DNA of 64,000 nt from Terrimicrobiaceae bacterium. GTDB taxonomy: Bacteria; Verrucomicrobiota; Verrucomicrobiia; Chthoniobacterales; Terrimicrobiaceae. How positions within the stretch are numbered: the stretch's first letter is position 1; every line of letters starts with the position of its first letter. Where the stretch lies: NCBI GenBank assembly GCA_041752695.1, contig JBGSVZ010000062.1, forward strand, positions 53,456 through 117,455, read 5' to 3'. The notes beneath the pieces were generated by a model that saw only the letters and a list, made by a program, of their open reading frames with translations, was not told the DNA's origin and searched no databases. Positions 59,209 to 64,000 of this stretch are shown here, piece after piece. Made by a program: the position numbers and the translations under genes.

Positions 59209-60369
59209 ATGAATCGTGCGCTCGCCGCCATTTCCGCTTTGGGTTTCATCGGCCTGGCGGCCTGTGAAAAGAAAGCCGCCCCTGTTGCGCCTCCTGTCAC
59301 AGTCACCGTAACGCCCGTCGAGGTGAAGACGGTGGCAGAGATGAAGACCTGGGTCGGGCTGTTGGATGGTTATCAAAACGCGGACATCCGCGCCCAGGTG
59401 AACGGGTATTTGATGACGCAAAACTACAAGGAGGGTTCGGCCGTCACCAAGGGCACCGTGCTCTTCACCATCGACGACAGGCCATTCAAGGCGGCCCTGG
59501 CGCAAGCGCAGGCGGATTATGCGGCCACGGTGGCGCAGGCGCAGCTCTCGCAAATCACGCTCGACCGGCAAACCCAGCTCTACAAAACCAAGGTCATCAG
59601 TCAGCAGGAATACGACACGTATTACCAGACCGCACAGGCGGACATCGCGAAAGCTGCAGCGTCCCAGGCCGCGGTGCAGACCGCGCAAATTAATCTCAAT
59701 TATTGCACGATCATCGCTCCGTTTGATGGTGTGACGGGCGTGGCCCAGGCGCAGATCGGCGATCTCGTTGGCCCGGGAGGCACGGCTTCGGTCCTCACGC
59801 AGATGTCCCAAATCAATCCCATCAAAGCCAATTTCTCCATCACGGAGCAGGAATATCTGGGTGCCGCGGACCTCATTAACAAAAAAGAGGTCAAAGAACC
59901 GCAGGACCGCCCGGCCGTGATCGAACTGAAGCTGGCGGACGGCCAGATCTATCCGCAGAAGGGCGTGTATGATTTTGTCAATCGGCAGATCAACGTGGCG
60001 ACGGGCTCCATTCAGGTGACGGCGTTATTTCCCAATGAAAATGAGCTGCTGCGTCCGGGCCTCTTCGCCCGGGTGACTGCGCCTGTTCGTGAAATCCCGG
60101 ACGCGATGCTCGTCCCGCAACAGGCGGTGGTCGAAATGCAGGGCAACCATCTCGTTTCGGTCGTCGATGCCAACGGGGTGGTGTCCACGCTCCCGGTGAA
60201 ACTCGGTCCCGTGGAAGGCTCCATGCAGGTCGTGACGGGACCTCTCAAGGCGGGTGACAAGGTCGTCGTGGGCGGTGTGGAAAAGGTGAAACCCGGCATG
60301 AAGGTGAATCAACAGCCCTATCAACCGCCGGCTCCCGCGGCTTCACCGGCGGCGAAATCGTCGGAATAA
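59209..60369 (+). CDS. RND efflux periplasmic adaptor (MFP) lipoprotein
   Basis: Lipobox LAAC; IRAQVNG, IIAPFDG, LRPGLF. Confidence 0.95.
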   Translation: MNRALAAISALGFIGLAACEKKAAPVAPPVTVTVTPVEVKTVAEMKTWVGLLDGYQNADIRAQVNGYLMTQNYKEGSAVTKGTVLFTIDDRPFKAALAQAQADYAATVAQAQLSQITLDRQTQLYKTKVISQQEYDTYYQTAQADIAKAAASQAAVQTAQINLNYCTIIAPFDGVTGVAQAQIGDLVGPGGTASVLTQMSQINPIKANFSITEQEYLGAADLINKKEVKEPQDRPAVIELKLADGQIYPQKGVYDFVNRQINVATGSIQVTALFPNENELLRPGLFARVTAPVREIPDAMLVPQQAVVEMQGNHLVSVVDANGVVSTLPVKLGPVEGSMQVVTGPLKAGDKVVVGGVEKVKPGMKVNQQPYQPPAPAASPAAKSSE

Positions 60370-60378
60370 ACCGCGCGC

Positions 60379-63300
60379 ATGTCGAACTTCTTCATCCGGC
60401 GGCCCATCGTGGCGATGGTCATCGCCATTATTACGGTGATCGTTGGTCTGGTCTCCATGGCCGGGCTGCCTGTCGCCCAGTTCCCAAATATTGTTCCTCC
60501 CCAGATTCAGGTATCGACGACCTACGTCGGTGCCGACGCGCTCACGGTTGAGCAATCCGTGGCTACGCCCATCGAGCAGCAGATGAGCGGGGTCGAGGGG
60601 ATGGATTACATGTACTCCATCAACACGAGCAGCGGCGCCATGACGCTGAACGTGATTTTCGGCATTCAGACCGAGCCGACGACTGACCAGATTCTCGCGC
60701 AAATGCGCCAGACCCAGGCCGCAGCCCAACTCCCGACGGCGGTGAAAAATTTCGGCGTCACGGTCGACCAGGCCTACGCCTCGCCGCTCGGGGTGTTTGT
60801 TCTGTATTCGCCCAACGGCAGCTACGACCCGACGTTCCTGGCGAACTACGCCTACATTAACATCAACGATCCGATGACCCGGGTGAACGGTGTTGGCTCG
60901 GTGAGCATTTTCGGGGCGGGTCAATATGCCATGCGCATCTGGGTGCAACCGGACCGGCTCGCCACGCTCAACATCACGGTGCCGGAAGTCATTCGCGCCG
61001 TGGAGGCTCAGAACAACGTGAACCCGGCGGGTCAGATTGGCGGAGAGCCCGTCCCGGACGGTCAGATTTTCACCTACACGGTCAACACCACCGGCCGCCT
61101 CACCACGCCGGAGCAGTTCGAAGACATCGTCATCCGGGCAAACTCCGATGGCTCCATTGTCCGCGTGCGAGACGTGGCGAAGGTGAATCTCGGAGCCCAG
61201 ATTTACAATCTGCGGGGCCGTTTTGAGGGTCAGTCGGCGGCCATCGTCTGCGTCTACCAACAGCCGGGCTCCAATGCCGTGGCCACCATGCAAAACGCGC
61301 GGAAACTTTTCGACACGCTGAGCGAGCAATTTCCCAGCGACCTGAAATACACCGTCGCACTCGACACGACACAGGCCGTGACCGAGGGCGTGAAGGAAAT
61401 CGTGAAGACACTCTTTGAGGCCATGGTGCTTGTCATCATCGTCGTTTTCATCTTCCTGCAAGGCTGGCGGGCCACGCTGATTCCGCTGATCGCGGTCCCG
61501 GTCTCGCTTATCGGTACGTTTGCCGTGTTCCCCCTGTTGGGATTTTCCATCAACACGCTGTCGCTCTTCGGCCTCGTGCTGGCCATTGGTCTGGTGGTGG
61601 ATGACGCCATCGTGGTGGTGGAGGCGATTGAGAGTCATATTGAGGAAGGGATGTCGCCGAGGGATGCGGCCATCAAGGCCATGTCCCAGGTCTCGGGGCC
61701 GGTCGTGGCTATTGCGCTGATTCTTTCGGCGGTGTTCATTCCCACCGTCTTCATCCCCGGCATCACCGGCCAGATGTATCAGCAGTTTGCCGTGACCATG
61801 GCGGTCTCGGTGATCATTTCCGCCTTCAACGCCCTTACTCTCAGCCCCGCGTTGGGTGCCCTGTTGCTACGGCCGCGCAAGGAATCCAATGGTCCGCTGG
61901 CGAAGTTTTTCAAGCTTTTCAACAAGGCTTTTGGCAAGGCGACGGACGGTTATGTGGGCATTTGCGGTGCGGCCATGCGTAAGTTGGTGATCAGTCTGCT
62001 TTTGCTCCTGGTGCTCTCCCTGGCGGGCGTGGGCATTGGCTCGAAACTGCCCACCGCGTTTATTCCAGAAGAAGACCAGGGGTATGTCTTCGGGGCGGTG
62101 CAATTGCCCCGCTCCTCGTCTTTGCAGCAGACGGACGCCGTCTGTTCGCAGATCGAAGAAATCCTGCGCAAAACTCCGGGTGTTCAGTACGTCACGACGG
62201 TGGTCGGTTTCAATCTGCTCAGCAGCGTGCAGGCGACCTACAACGGGTTCTTTTTCATCACGCTCGACGAATGGTCGAAACGCACCACCCCCGAGCTGCA
62301 GGTCGATGCGATCATGGCGAACATCAATCGCGAACTGCACGCGCTGACGACGCCAACGGCGGCCCTGTCCTTCCCTCCACCGGCCATTCCTGGCATCGGC
62401 ACGGCGGGCGGGGTGAGTTTCATCCTCGAAGACCGCACCGGGGCGGATGTGGCCTTCATTGCGAACAATACTAAAACGTTTCTGGCCGCCGCGCAAAAAC
62501 GTCCCGAGTTGAGCGGAGTGTTCACCACCGCGCTCTGGGACGTCCCGCAGATCTTTGTCGATGTGGATGAGGCGCAGGCGATGGTCCAGGGGGTGAGTCT
62601 CTCGGATGCCTACCAGACGCTCCAGACCTTCCTGGGTGGGTATTTTGTCAATTACTTCAACCGCTTCGGGTTGCAGTGGCAGGTGTATGTGCAGGCCGAC
62701 GGACAATACCGCACGAGCATTGATAACATGGGCCTCTTTTATGTGGCCAACAAGGAGGGCGACTCGGTGCCACTTTCGTCGTTCGTCGATGCCAAGCAGT
62801 CGTTCGGGCCGGAATTCACCATGCGTTTTAACATGTATCGGTGTTCGCAGATTCAGGCTGCCGTCACCGACGGATACAGCACGGCCCAAGCCATGCGGGC
62901 GCTCGAAGAGGTCTTTGCCGAAACGATGCCGAGCGGGATGGGATTTGATTATTTTGGCATGTCGTTTCAGGAACAAGTGGCCGCGCAGGGTGTCCCGCCG
63001 TCCGCCATTTTCGGGCTCTCCCTGCTCTTTGTTTTTCTGATCCTGGCGGCCCAATACGAAAGCTGGTCGCTGCCGTTCAGTGTGCTGCTGAGCACGCCCA
63101 TCGCCATTTTCGGAGCTTTTGCCGGCCTGCTCATTCGCGACATGCAGAACAACCTCTACGCCCAGATTGGGCTGGTGATGTTGATCGGCCTCGCGGCCAA
63201 GAATGCCATCCTGATTGTGGAATTTGCCAAGGATGAGTACGAAAAAGGCAAACCCCTGATGGAGGCCACCCTGGCGGGTGCGCGCCTCCGTCTGCGCCCG

Positions 63301-63534
63301 ATTTTGATGACGGCCTTTGCGTTCATCCTTGGCACCGTGCCCCTCGCCGTGGCTTCGGGATCCGGCGCGGTTTCCCGTCGCGTGCTCGGAACTACCGTGA
63401 TCGGAGGAATGCTGGCCGCGACCTTCATTGCCATTTTTCTGATTCCTGTGACTTTTTACTTCGTGGAAAAAATCACCACCGAGAAGCGGAAAAAAGCGGC
63501 TGCGGCGGCGGGCCTTTCCGAACCGGAAAAATAG
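60379..63534 (+). CDS. RND efflux permease (HAE1/AcrB family)
   Basis: FFIRRPI, AIGLVVDDAIVVVE, KNAILIVEFA, RLRPILMT. Confidence 0.96.
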   Translation: MSNFFIRRPIVAMVIAIITVIVGLVSMAGLPVAQFPNIVPPQIQVSTTYVGADALTVEQSVATPIEQQMSGVEGMDYMYSINTSSGAMTLNVIFGIQTEPTTDQILAQMRQTQAAAQLPTAVKNFGVTVDQAYASPLGVFVLYSPNGSYDPTFLANYAYININDPMTRVNGVGSVSIFGAGQYAMRIWVQPDRLATLNITVPEVIRAVEAQNNVNPAGQIGGEPVPDGQIFTYTVNTTGRLTTPEQFEDIVIRANSDGSIVRVRDVAKVNLGAQIYNLRGRFEGQSAAIVCVYQQPGSNAVATMQNARKLFDTLSEQFPSDLKYTVALDTTQAVTEGVKEIVKTLFEAMVLVIIVVFIFLQGWRATLIPLIAVPVSLIGTFAVFPLLGFSINTLSLFGLVLAIGLVVDDAIVVVEAIESHIEEGMSPRDAAIKAMSQVSGPVVAIALILSAVFIPTVFIPGITGQMYQQFAVTMAVSVIISAFNALTLSPALGALLLRPRKESNGPLAKFFKLFNKAFGKATDGYVGICGAAMRKLVISLLLLLVLSLAGVGIGSKLPTAFIPEEDQGYVFGAVQLPRSSSLQQTDAVCSQIEEILRKTPGVQYVTTVVGFNLLSSVQATYNGFFFITLDEWSKRTTPELQVDAIMANINRELHALTTPTAALSFPPPAIPGIGTAGGVSFILEDRTGADVAFIANNTKTFLAAAQKRPELSGVFTTALWDVPQIFVDVDEAQAMVQGVSLSDAYQTLQTFLGGYFVNYFNRFGLQWQVYVQADGQYRTSIDNMGLFYVANKEGDSVPLSSFVDAKQSFGPEFTMRFNMYRCSQIQAAVTDGYSTAQAMRALEEVFAETMPSGMGFDYFGMSFQEQVAAQGVPPSAIFGLSLLFVFLILAAQYESWSLPFSVLLSTPIAIFGAFAGLLIRDMQNNLYAQIGLVMLIGLAAKNAILIVEFAKDEYEKGKPLMEATLAGARLRLRPILMTAFAFILGTVPLAVASGSGAVSRRVLGTTVIGGMLAATFIAIFLIPVTFYFVEKITTEKRKKAAAAAGLSEPEK

Positions 63535-63748
63535 GGTCGGTCGGTGGATTTTTGTTCAACAAAATGCTTGCTTCTTCGCCGATTTTCGCTTTCCTCTCCC
63601 GTGCAGGTTCAGAGCCCCTTGGGGCGTTGGTAGATTGCTAGTTGTGACAGTGCCGGGTCCAAACCGTCGCTCTCATTGGTGATTTGAAATCCGATAATCG
63701 GAAACAGCCGCTGAGACTCAGCCTCGAAAAACACAACTAAATACTACT

Positions 63749-64000
63749 ATGGGTAACAAACTCTATGTCGGGAATCTTTCCTTCGACACCACTGAAAACG
63801 ACCTCCAGGATCTCTTCTCGGGAGCTGGAACTGTTCGTGAAGCCGTCCTCATCCAGGACAAAATGACTGGCAAGTCCCGCGGATTTGCGTTCGTGACGAT
63901 GTCCACGGACGACGAAGCGCAGGCTGCGGTCTCCCAATTCAACGGCAAAGACCTCCAGGGTCGCAGCCTGACCGTTAACGAAGCTCGTCCTCGTGAAGAG
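63749..64000 (+). CDS. RRM-domain RNA-binding protein (3' end outside window)
   Basis: Not in the ORF track: MGNKLYVGNLSF (RNP2), TGKSRGFAFVTM (RNP1), LTVNEARPREE. Confidence 0.95.
   Translation, partial: MGNKLYVGNLSFDTTENDLQDLFSGAGTVREAVLIQDKMTGKSRGFAFVTMSTDDEAQAAVSQFNGKDLQGRSLTVNEARPREE

Noticed and set aside
61681..61691. ATGTCCCAGGT, a partial match to the PaaX-flanking palindrome
   Set aside because: It is inside the RND coding sequence and lacks the second arm.
9325..63434. Many long alternative-frame or antisense ORFs (e.g. 9325-10719, 33707-35266, 60343-61638)
   Set aside because: They are shadows of well-supported genes, expected in high-GC DNA, and show no recognisable motifs.

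Overview
GC-rich bacterial chromosomal window, most likely Verrucomicrobiota (inferred from the PEP-CTERM protein, autotransporter-associated beta-strand repeat protein and RRM RNA-binding protein). Left to right: a partial secreted papain/C39-like peptidase fused to beta-strand repeats; tRNA-Thr(TGT) followed by a small decayed accessory island (Phd/VapC toxin-antitoxin pair, FG-GAP/PEP-CTERM protein with 177-bp repeats, chimeric YhcG/HsdR relic); an 18-unit heptamer array directly upstream of a PerR/Fur-sufCBD operon; a ~14-kb cluster of GT-C-fold membrane glycosyltransferases with a methyltransferase, YfhO-like protein, lhgO and an orphan MlaF-type ATPase; transport and housekeeping genes; pflB-pflA-OFA MFS; LysR/AAA; aroB; GT9 plus a TMTC-like TPR protein; HD-GYP; an RND pump; and a partial RRM protein. 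The most striking unexplained structure is a PaaX-like (wHTH plus Cas2-like) gene bracketed by two inverted copies of a ~35-bp palindrome, with no paa genes nearby and papain-like peptidase genes on both sides. Items absent from the ORF track include a 43-aa triple-CC lipoprotein, a candidate ~67-nt sRNA, a terminator-bearing leader, different heptamer repeats at the same homologous site of three GT paralogues, and several REP-like doublets. All product calls come from motif recognition by eye; no searches were run.
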